Positions 30,496-38,797 of a stretch of 64,000 bases of DNA are shown one piece after another. Each line of letters begins with the position of its first letter. Position 1 is the stretch's first letter. The stretch comes from an uncultured Myxococcales bacterium (GTDB lineage: Bacteria; Myxococcota_A; UBA9042). The stretch is taken from the NCBI GenBank assembly GCA_903840165.1, contig CAIMEY010000002.1, positions 133,109 through 197,108 on the forward strand, in the 5' to 3' direction. A program made the translations under genes and the position numbers. The notes under the pieces are model-generated. The model saw only the letters and a list, made by a program, of their open reading frames with translations, was not told the origin of the DNA and did no database searches.

Positions 30496-32055
30496 CTAGG
30501 GGACGGGCTGGCACACGGAGAAAGACGTGTCATCCAGCGGTGTTTCCTTGAAGTTCGGCGTGCACACCCACTTGGGGCAATCGGCATCGGTCGTGCATGC
30601 CTTGTTATTAGACGTGCACGAGCCCTTGTTGCACTGTCCCGCTAACGCTTTGCAATCACTGTCATCTTTGCACAAGTCGGCACAGCCAGACGCGGTGCAG
30701 AAGCCATTGGCGCACAGGTGGACCGGTCCGACTTGAGGGTCGGTGTTGCAGGGCATCGATCCTGCCGCCGCGACGCCACCCTGAGGGTCGTGGATTTGCG
30801 TGCCGCAGCGACTGACGAGACTGCCATAAACGGTAAAGATTCTGCAGGCTTCACCGATCGCGCAGTCCGAATTGTGCTGGCACAGCTGGAAATCTTCTCC
30901 AGGCTGGCACAGGGCGTAGGTGTCATTGTTCTTGACCTGAAAAGCCGTGTTTTCTTCGACACATCGAAACACCTTGCCGACTACGCCGTCCACCGAGCCG
31001 GTGCAGTCGCTGCTCGCAACCCCCGGATCCTCAATACCGTCCGCGCCTGCCGCACCGGTCGCGTTGTCTACCAAATCTGTAGAGATCTTGCAGGGTTTTG
31101 TGCAGACGCCGTGGGAGCAAAAAGCCGTGTCGCATAACGTGTTGAGGCAGTTGAGGTATTTCTTGACCTCGGACACGCCAGCATTGGCGGGTGGCTTGGG
31201 GCAGGTCTCGCCCGCACCGCATGGTTCGCCGTACTGCAGCAAGGACCCGGGCTTGGGTGTCACACACTTGGCACCTTCGCAGAACTGGTTGATGGCGCAG
31301 GAACCGCATGATTTGTTGCACTTTGTCTGCATCGGGCCGCATTGCACGGTGGCGGTGCAGGCGCAGTCGTCGACCGGTGGGACGCAGGCGTTGTTCTTGC
31401 AGACGTCGCCGGACTTGCAGACGCCACAACTATCGACGCAGCCGGGCAAAACGCCGCATTTGCCGGCCTTGCATTCGCATTTGGGGTCGGCCGCGCAGAC
31501 GTTGCTGACGCAGAGTTGGGCCGGACCGCAGTCGCCGCAGCTCTTGGTGCAGCCGTCGCCCGGGGGCACGCCGCATTCAACGCCGGCACAGCTGCATGTC
31601 GCTGTTTCGCAAGAGTTTGCCTTGCAAACTTCCTTGGCACCGCAGGAAAATGCGCAGAGTTTCTTGCAGCCGGGCAGGACGCCGCACTGCGTGGCTTTGC
31701 ATTGGCAGTTGGGGTTAGGTTCGCACTTGTAATTGTTGCATAATTCGTCGTCGCCGCAGCTGCCGCAGGGCTGGCTGCAGCCTGGGGGCGTGCCGCAGGT
31801 GAAACCGGTGCAACTGCAAGTGGTATTGCTGACTTCAAAGGCTGAGGTGCTGCCATCGGCGAGCCCGACGCCGTCCTTGAGTCCTGAACTGTCCCCGGAG
31901 CCAAAGCCGTCGAGGGCGGCATTGCCCGATGGGGCCGGGATTTGCGAACTACAGGCCGCGAGCGCCGTCAGCAGACACGCCAAGCCGAGATTTGCTTGCC
32001 AAAAAGCGCTTTTACACGCCGCCCTTGCTTGTTGTCCTTGGCTGTCCCGCGTCAT
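30496..32055 (-). CDS. Cys-rich lipoprotein
   Basis: Lipobox LAAC; CxCxxxxCG..PGC..CG.C..C repeats of ~35-38 aa. Confidence 0.82.
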   Translation of the reverse strand: MTRDSQGQQARAACKSAFWQANLGLACLLTALAACSSQIPAPSGNAALDGFGSGDSSGLKDGVGLADGSTSAFEVSNTTCSCTGFTCGTPPGCSQPCGSCGDDELCNNYKCEPNPNCQCKATQCGVLPGCKKLCAFSCGAKEVCKANSCETATCSCAGVECGVPPGDGCTKSCGDCGPAQLCVSNVCAADPKCECKAGKCGVLPGCVDSCGVCKSGDVCKNNACVPPVDDCACTATVQCGPMQTKCNKSCGSCAINQFCEGAKCVTPKPGSLLQYGEPCGAGETCPKPPANAGVSEVKKYLNCLNTLCDTAFCSHGVCTKPCKISTDLVDNATGAAGADGIEDPGVASSDCTGSVDGVVGKVFRCVEENTAFQVKNNDTYALCQPGEDFQLCQHNSDCAIGEACRIFTVYGSLVSRCGTQIHDPQGGVAAAGSMPCNTDPQVGPVHLCANGFCTASGCADLCKDDSDCKALAGQCNKGSCTSNNKACTTDADCPKWVCTPNFKETPLDDTSFSVCQPVP

Positions 32056-32228
32056 GGTCTACCTCCATTGTCTCGGTCTTGCCGGCTGGCGTTGGGTGCT
32101 GGCTGGCGTTGCTTGCCCCGTTGTTGCGTTCACGGCAGCGCCGCGGCTACTCGCCTTGACCAGTCAGCCTAGCGCGTTGCCCGACCCGACGCAAACAACG
32201 CGAATCTTACGGCATTACAAGCAGTTTC

Positions 32229-33995
32229 CTAAGCGTACAACCCTTCGATTTCCGCCGCATATCGGGTCGCGATGACTTTGCGCTTGATCTTCATGGTTGG
32301 CGTCAGTTCGCCGCCCTCGACCGAGAAATCGACCGGCAAGACTTTGAACTTCTTGATGGTTTGCACTTGGGCCAACCCGCGGTTGACGCGTTCGACCTCG
32401 TCCTGCAACCACCGGGCAAAATCAGCGTGATCGCGGGCACCGACTACGTCGATCCCCAACAGTTGCGCGACCATGGGTAGCTTTTCCTCATCCAAGGTCA
32501 GCAAGGCCGTCAGGTACCTGCGGCGGTCGCCGATGACGACAGCCTGGGAAATCGCTGTAATGGCCTTGAGTTGGGCTTCAATCAGCTGCGGAGCCACATT
32601 TTCTCCGCCGGCAGTAATCAGCAAATCCTTTTTACGATCAGTAATTTGCAGGAATCCGCGGTGGTCAATGGTGCCGACATCGCCGGAGTGCAGCCAGCCT
32701 TCGGCGTCGATGGCCTCGCGCGTCGCTTCCGGATTCTTGTAGTAGCCCATGCAGACGTGGCGGCCGCGCATGCCGATCTCACCATCGGCAAATACCTTCA
32801 ACTCTGCGTCAGGTAAGCAAAATCCAGCCTTGCCTGTGCTGTACCGACCGCTGACCGACAGCGTCGCCGGCCCGGTGCACTCACTCATGCCGTAGACTTC
32901 ATAGATTGGAATGCCCAAACTCAGGAAGAACTCAAGGGTATCCTTGCCAATGGGCGCTGCCGCCGTGATCTGCATCTGGCAACGGTCCAGACCAAGTGCT
33001 TGGCGAACATTATCAAATACAATGGCTTTGGCGATGCCGTACTGCAGCGACTTGGGCTCACCGCGTTGCTCAGCGTAGCCCCCTTGCAAGCCGACCTGCC
33101 GGGCCCAGCCGCTGAGCGCCTTCTTGAAGGTGCCATTGCCGGCTGCCATGATCTGAATCTTAGCCTGGATTTTCTCCCAAACCCGCGGCACGCCGAGAAA
33201 GTAGTGGGGCCGAGCTTCCCGAAGGTTCTCGCCCAATTTCTCCATACTTTCAGCAAAATAGACACAACCACCGAGGAACATCGGCCCATACAGACTGATG
33301 ATCTGCTCGGCGATGTGCGACAGGGGTAGGTAACTCAGCGTCACTGCCCCAGAATCGATGTCGAGGACCTTCATGGCGCTCTGGGCGGTCCAGGTGATGT
33401 TGTCGTGGCTGATCATCACCGCCTTGGGCTGACCCGTGGTGCCTGAAGTGTAGATAAGCGTACAAAGATCCTCTGGTTTTTGCGCGGCCAGGACGGTGTC
33501 CAAGTCGGCTTCGGTCACTTGGCGCCCGCGGGCCAGGAATTCGTCCCACGCCAGGACGCGCGGATCGTCGTCGTGGCCATGCATCAGCACCACATGGCTA
33601 AGCTTAGGCAATTCATGCCAAATCGTTTTGAACTTCGCTAGTTGAATCGCATCATCGACAACGACGAGCGGCGCCTCGCAATGGTCTGCAATGAACGAAC
33701 ATTGGGCCGCCGTACTGGTGGAATAGATGCCAGCTGGTACGCAACTAGCTAAAATAGAACCAATATCAGCAAAGAACCATTGGGGACAGTTCTGACCAAT
33801 GATGGCGATGCCGGAACCGCGGGGAATCGACAGGGACAGCAGACCGCGGGCAAAAAGCCGTGCTTTGTCGCGGTATTCGCGCCAGGTGGTCGTTTGCCAC
33901 AGGCCATCACGCTTGACCTTGAGCGCTGGCTGGTCGCCCCAGGCCCTTGCGGTCTGGTCGAGGATCTCTGCAATTCGTTTGCCCGATTGTTCCAC
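32229..33995 (-). CDS. Long-chain fatty acid-CoA ligase (AMP-dependent synthetase)
   Basis: YTSGTTGQPK, YGMSE, GWLHSGDVG, ITDRKKD..GGENVAP, ELTPTMKIKR. GTG 33995 follows GGGAGG. Confidence 0.93.
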   Translation of the reverse strand: MEQSGKRIAEILDQTARAWGDQPALKVKRDGLWQTTTWREYRDKARLFARGLLSLSIPRGSGIAIIGQNCPQWFFADIGSILASCVPAGIYSTSTAAQCSFIADHCEAPLVVVDDAIQLAKFKTIWHELPKLSHVVLMHGHDDDPRVLAWDEFLARGRQVTEADLDTVLAAQKPEDLCTLIYTSGTTGQPKAVMISHDNITWTAQSAMKVLDIDSGAVTLSYLPLSHIAEQIISLYGPMFLGGCVYFAESMEKLGENLREARPHYFLGVPRVWEKIQAKIQIMAAGNGTFKKALSGWARQVGLQGGYAEQRGEPKSLQYGIAKAIVFDNVRQALGLDRCQMQITAAAPIGKDTLEFFLSLGIPIYEVYGMSECTGPATLSVSGRYSTGKAGFCLPDAELKVFADGEIGMRGRHVCMGYYKNPEATREAIDAEGWLHSGDVGTIDHRGFLQITDRKKDLLITAGGENVAPQLIEAQLKAITAISQAVVIGDRRRYLTALLTLDEEKLPMVAQLLGIDVVGARDHADFARWLQDEVERVNRGLAQVQTIKKFKVLPVDFSVEGGELTPTMKIKRKVIATRYAAEIEGLYA

Positions 33996-34213
33996 GCGAA
34001 CCTCCCGCAAGTACGCACGATGTTTAGCACACCTTGGCACCATGAACAATCGTCGATTGGCAAAAAGAACCGCAGCCTTTGGTCGCCTCACAGGCCTGAG
34101 CGGTCCGACTCTGGCGATGACCATGCCAAAGTATGCAAAGTTTGCGCAATATGCCTCAGCCGCGCCTTGGGTTCTGCTACAACCAACTCATTGGCTGCTT
34201 TGGGAGCGCGCAG

Positions 34214-34456
34214 ATGTCGAAGATGACCTTGCAACTCGACGAGACCACCCACGCACTGCTGCGGGCCCGCGCGACTTGTCAAGGGACCACGGCAGCGAGT
34301 TTGGTTCAAGATTTCATTGCCTTGCTGGCCCACGCGCCGTCGAGTCGTATCGAAGCCAGCCGCTTGCTGCTCCAGGCGTTGAATCCCGCAGCTTCGTCGG
34401 ACCTGGAGACCTTGACCGACGCCTCAGCCCAGGTTCGCCTGCGCCGGGTGCGCTGA
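34214..34456 (+). CDS. Small protein, possible ribbon-helix-helix DNA-binding domain
   Basis: GGAG before ATG; MSKMTLQLDETTHALLRARA..TAASLVQDFI fits a beta-alpha-alpha pattern. Confidence 0.55.
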   Translation: MSKMTLQLDETTHALLRARATCQGTTAASLVQDFIALLAHAPSSRIEASRLLLQALNPAASSDLETLTDASAQVRLRRVR

Positions 34457-34521
34457 GACCGAAACGGGCTGAGACGGCAACGGGCTGAGACGGCAACGGG
34501 CTGAGGCGGCAACGGGCTGAG
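34452..34521. repeat. 16-bp tandem repeat, about 4.4 copies (GCTGAGACGGCAACGG)
   Basis: Units start at 34452, 34468, 34484 and 34500, with a partial unit at 34516. Confidence 0.92.
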
Positions 34522-34529
34522 CCGGGCTC

Positions 34530-36191
34530 CTAACGATCGCCGACATACTCGTCGTTGATGTGCTGGTCACGATTAGAAAATCGCACGAACTTGCCATCAA
34601 AATGCAGTTCCACGGTGCCCAGTTCCCCCGCGCGGTGCTTGGCGATGATCAGCTCTGCGTTGAATGGATTCTTGGAATTGTCGTAGACATGTTCTCTGAA
34701 GATAAATGAAATAATATCAGCGTCCTGCTCGATGGCGCCGGACTCGCGCAGGTCGCTCATCATTGGCCTCTTGTCCTCTCGCCGCTCGACACTGCGGTTG
34801 AGCTGAGATAGGGCCAGCACGGTGCACTTGAGCTCCTTGGCTAAATGCTTGAGACCGCGGGAGTTTTCGCTGATCACTTGCTCGCGGCTCGTCTCCTTGC
34901 CGCCCGAACCATTCATTAGCTGCAGGTAATCGACGACGACCAGATCGACCGGGTGCTGCATCGCCATCCGCTTGGCCCGGGCACGAATGTCCACCAGGGT
35001 TGCCCCGGGCGTGTCATCGATCATCACGGTAAGGCCCGAGAGTTCTTCAGCCGTTTCAATGAGTACAGCTTCTTCGTCTTGATTGAACTGACCTGTACGA
35101 ATCCGCGTCAGTTCGACGCCGGCACGTGACGACAGCAAGCGTTGGACCAACTGCTCCTTGCCCATTTCTAAACTGAACAAAAGCACGCCGTTGCGCTGGC
35201 CCGGCGTTTCAGGGTGAAGCCTTGGCCGCCTCGCCACCTCAAGGGCCAAGTTCAACGCAAATGCGGTCTTGCCCATCGCGGGTCGCGCGGCCAGAACGAT
35301 GAGGTCGGTGCGGTGCAGGCCGTGGAGGATGTGATCGAGGCCGCGGTAACCGGTTGAAATGCCGGTCATCTCACCGCCGCGCGCCTTGGCGGCCATGAGT
35401 TCGCTCCACACATCGGTGACGACGTCGCTGATGTGCGTGGAATCCTGGCGGACCGAGCCGCGCAGGACTGAAGCAACCTCGGTTTCCACGGCGCCGATGA
35501 ACTCGTCTGGGTCTAACGCTCCGGAATACCCCAGGGTTTGGACCTTTTGCAAGGCGGTGAGCGTGAGCCGCACGCGCGCCAGCCCCGCGATCCGCTTGGC
35601 ATAGTGCTCCACGGACTGAGTATTTCCAACAAAATCACCCAGTTCGACCAAGTAGCTAAGGTCCAAAGTCCCTAGCTCACCCTGGGACTCCAGGTCCGCG
35701 AGCACAGAAATGCCATCGGTGGGCAGGCTTGAGGCGTACAAGCGGGCCATCGAGCCAAACAACGCCTTGTGCCGGGACTCAAAAAAATCCTCTGGTTTCA
35801 CTTTGTCGATAGTGAGTTGGATGCACGTGGCGTCGAGCAGGCAGGCACCAAGCAGCGCGCGCTCAGTGCGCACATCGGACGGCGGCCTCAAAGCCTGAGC
35901 TTCTGGGCGTAGTCGCGTTGTGCCTGAGCGCTGGTAGGGCGGCCGCGGGCGAAGTGGTTGAGTCTCGGCCTGCTCCGCAAATGCTTGAGCGGAAAAGCTA
36001 TCGGCGTCGCCTTCCGGCCCAAAGCCATGCAAGACTGCGGTAGTCAGCGGTGGTTCCTCCCCGCCCGCAGCCGGCGCGGCCTCATCCCCTGGGTCACTGG
36101 GGTCGAAGAAGCCGAAATGTGGCTCAGTCGCCAGATCCGGGCCAGCAATATTGGCGGCAATTTGTTCTATCGAGTCCGGGTATATTGGCAT
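34530..36191 (-). CDS. dnaB: Replicative DNA helicase with acidic N-terminal extension
   Basis: ERALLGACL, LAARPAMGKT, FSLEM, VDYLQLM, LSQLNR, SDLRESGAIEQDAD, IIAKHRAG. Confidence 0.97.
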   Translation of the reverse strand: MPIYPDSIEQIAANIAGPDLATEPHFGFFDPSDPGDEAAPAAGGEEPPLTTAVLHGFGPEGDADSFSAQAFAEQAETQPLRPRPPYQRSGTTRLRPEAQALRPPSDVRTERALLGACLLDATCIQLTIDKVKPEDFFESRHKALFGSMARLYASSLPTDGISVLADLESQGELGTLDLSYLVELGDFVGNTQSVEHYAKRIAGLARVRLTLTALQKVQTLGYSGALDPDEFIGAVETEVASVLRGSVRQDSTHISDVVTDVWSELMAAKARGGEMTGISTGYRGLDHILHGLHRTDLIVLAARPAMGKTAFALNLALEVARRPRLHPETPGQRNGVLLFSLEMGKEQLVQRLLSSRAGVELTRIRTGQFNQDEEAVLIETAEELSGLTVMIDDTPGATLVDIRARAKRMAMQHPVDLVVVDYLQLMNGSGGKETSREQVISENSRGLKHLAKELKCTVLALSQLNRSVERREDKRPMMSDLRESGAIEQDADIISFIFREHVYDNSKNPFNAELIIAKHRAGELGTVELHFDGKFVRFSNRDQHINDEYVGDR

Positions 36192-36390
36192 AATTACGTC
36201 CGAATCCAGGGCGTTTGGGGCTGCTGCCTCGTGCTTCTTGGGGCCAGTGTAGCCCTGCGCGCCGGCCCCGCCAGCGCGATCAGCACGAGCCTACGCGTCA
36301 TGCGAAGTTGGCGATTCCGCCCTCGCCGCGTCATGCACATGAGAAGTGGAATCGATTGAAATTACGATAAAATTGCCGTTCTACCATCGA

Positions 36391-36495
36391 CAGACCGACG
36401 ATCCGAGCCCGGTGGTTTAGGATTATCGCCCAGTCCTGCCTACTTGAAAGGGAGGTGCGCCTTGGCCGCCCGGGCTGTGTGATCCGCTCGGTCTG
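36391..36495 (+). ncRNA. Candidate structured RNA (unassigned)
   Basis: Nested stems CAGACCGA/TCGGTCTG, GATC/GATC and AGCCCGG/CCGGGCT enclose two hairpins, one with a GAAA loop; AT-rich DNA lies just upstream. Confidence 0.45.
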
Positions 36496-36920
36496 AACGA
36501 CATGACTACATCTGCTTAATATAGAAGCGAAATGCTCGAACTCGGGGGCCTGATCGATCCCGGGACCCAGGCGTGCGCGCCTCCCCGGCCAGTCCAGGTC
36601 GACCTGTTGGGCCGGCCACCTCGCAAAGAGCCGTTGCATCCCGAGCCACAATTCGCAATACTGCAGGCTGCTGATTGAGTTGCGCTGCCGCATTCCGCCG
36701 CGCCGCCCACCAGCGATCCCGCGCTCCTGACGCAAGACCGCTTTCACCGGATCAACCGGCCAGCCTCTGCGCAAGAGTTCGTTTCCTGAATGGACTGCTG
36801 CACCGCAAAGGCGGTGCGGCCAAGGCCCGCGGCCAGCCCTCCGGCCTGCCCCTGTTTGAGCGCAAGGCAGCTGAAAAAAGGAACAGTTAGCCATAGTTGC
36901 TCGTGCCCGTGGAGAGATGC

Positions 36921-37562
36921 ATGTATCAGGTTGGCGATGAAACCGAAGGCTTTTGCCCGCGCTGCCGCCTCAACACCTACCAAGTCATTGCCGCCACCGA
37001 TGGTGAAACAATCCAGTCGGTTGCGTGCCGCACCTGTCGCAATACCTTCGCGCATCGGCGGGAGGTCACAGAACAAGAAGTTCGCCAAAACAACCTGAAG
37101 AAGCTGGCAAAAATGCAAAAGTCGAGAATGCCGTCCCCCGCCCCAGAAGTGCTGACCCGCGGACGACGAAAAGTGAGTGATTTTGACCGCCAACTGCAAG
37201 CACTGGCTCAGCTCAATGGCCGAGATCCAGTCGAACAAGTGCAGGAATTGTCTGCAGATGCCCGGGCACGCAGCGCGGTGTCCCAAGCCGCCTCAGGCAC
37301 AGCCGCGACCGTCGAGCCCGCAACCAGTGGCGCTGCATTGGAGAATCAGGCCCCCGGCGAGCGCTGGAAGGCATTGACGGCTCCTCTAGGCTGGCGCGAT
37401 GGCAAGCCCTACAGCGCGCAAAAAACCTATAAAGAGGGCGATGTTGTGCTGCACAAAGCCCTGGGAATGGGCATTGTCGAGCAGGTCGTTCACGATCACG
37501 CCTGCCTAGTACTGTTTCGCGATTCGCAGACGGTGCTGGAAATGGCAACTCCGCTGAGCTAG
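36921..37562 (+). CDS. Hypothetical protein: N-terminal CxxC..CxxC zinc ribbon, C-terminal Tudor/SH3-like segment
   Basis: GGAG before ATG; FCPRC..ACRTC; YKEGDVVLHKALGMGIVEQV. Confidence 0.8.
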   Translation: MYQVGDETEGFCPRCRLNTYQVIAATDGETIQSVACRTCRNTFAHRREVTEQEVRQNNLKKLAKMQKSRMPSPAPEVLTRGRRKVSDFDRQLQALAQLNGRDPVEQVQELSADARARSAVSQAASGTAATVEPATSGAALENQAPGERWKALTAPLGWRDGKPYSAQKTYKEGDVVLHKALGMGIVEQVVHDHACLVLFRDSQTVLEMATPLS

Positions 37563-37805
37563 TACACGTAACCCCAAGTGCTTTCCGGCAACCCGCAAGG
37601 CCCTTGGGGTTGTGGACTTTTAGCCGGGGCCGGCCGACCGCAGGGGTGAGCCCGCACGGGCGGGCGGGGGAGGACTCCGCGGTGCGCGCAGCGCATGAGC
37701 TGTGCCAAGTCTGGCACGGCGAAAGTGGAGATGGCGCGCCCCCTTGAAACTAGAAGCAAACACTGTTCCTCTAACCCGCCAGGAACTTCGGGTTAGAGGT
37801 ACTAG
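37559..37805 (+). mobile_element. MITE/REPIN-like structured repeat, copy 2 (247 bp)
   Basis: Imperfect TIRs CTAGTACACGTAACC and GGTTAGAGGTACTAG with CTAG at both ends; the left CTAG contains the TAG stop of 36921-37562. Confidence 0.78.
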
Positions 37806-37835
37806 CTTCGGAGAACTGTCTTAAAACACGCAATG

Positions 37836-38651
37836 TTAGGCGTGGACGATTGTGCGCAAACCCGCTGCACCGTCGATATAGGCAGCCACGGCGTCGTCGT
37901 CCTTGTATCCGACAATCGCCACTTGCTTGGCCCCGAGGCGCAGGATTTCAGCGACCTCTTCGAGCTTGGCCACCATGCCGCCGTGCACCGCACCTGAGCT
38001 GATCAACTGAGGAATTTCGTCAGCGCTCAGCTCGGCGATGTGGCTCGCCGGGTCAGCTAGCTCGCGGAATACGCCTGGCACGCCGGTGACGAGCACCACG
38101 TCGTCGATTTTCGCCGCCTTGACCAAGGCCGTTACCAGGGTATCCGCATTGAGATTGAGCAGTTGGCCACACGGATCGCAGACCAGGGACGATAGAACCG
38201 GCACATAATCGCCCTGCCACAACGTCTGCAGCAAGCGGCCATCGGCATGGACCACATCGGCAACTAGACCAAAATCAACGGGTTCAGCCTCGCCGGCCAC
38301 TTCGCGCGGGGGCCTTTTGCGTCCGACGACCAGCAGACCACTCGCCGCCGGGAACGCTACGGCAGGCAGTCCCGCGCCCAAACACGCCGCTAGCAGTGCC
38401 GGAGCCACTTCGCCGCCCATCGCCAAGGTCACGGCTTGCAGCATCGCCGCATCGGTCACCCGGCGTCCACCGCGAAAAACAGAGTCGATTCCAAGCCTTT
38501 TTCCCATCGCCGTGATCTGCGGGCCAGCGCCGTGAACGACGCAGAGGTGCACGCCGCGCTCATGCACGCCAGCGAGGTCCGCGGCCAAGCGATCCCGATC
38601 CTCTTGTTTCTGAAGCGTTTCTCCGCCCACTTTCACCAGTACTTTGCGCAT
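37836..38651 (-). CDS. argB: Acetylglutamate kinase
   Basis: VKVGGE, VHGAGPQI, GRRVTD, NLNADT, GGMVAKL; adjacent to argC. Confidence 0.9.
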   Translation of the reverse strand: MRKVLVKVGGETLQKQEDRDRLAADLAGVHERGVHLCVVHGAGPQITAMGKRLGIDSVFRGGRRVTDAAMLQAVTLAMGGEVAPALLAACLGAGLPAVAFPAASGLLVVGRKRPPREVAGEAEPVDFGLVADVVHADGRLLQTLWQGDYVPVLSSLVCDPCGQLLNLNADTLVTALVKAAKIDDVVLVTGVPGVFRELADPASHIAELSADEIPQLISSGAVHGGMVAKLEEVAEILRLGAKQVAIVGYKDDDAVAAYIDGAAGLRTIVHA

Positions 38652-38797
38652 CTCCTACTCCTCGTGTCCCAGTCCCGTTGGGGCGTGGCGTCCCGGTCAA
38701 TCCTCTGTCCTTGGGCACCCTTGACTGACATGACCCGCTCGTCGTTCGAAGTCGCCTCCATGCCGTCCCGCATCGACTCTTGGCGGTTGCAGGGCGC

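Noticed and set aside
34452..34521. Mini-CRISPR
   Set aside because: Head-to-tail 16-mers with no spacers.
36192..36920. oriC near dnaB, or a ZTP riboswitch / SRP RNA
   Set aside because: No clustered DnaA boxes seen. The GACTGGGCGA..CCACCGGG similarity lacks the ZTP P2 stem, and the SRP core motif is absent.
38652..38797. Small lysW-like carrier gene between argC and argB
   Set aside because: No zinc-ribbon Cys pairs or EDWGE C-terminus in the reading I checked.
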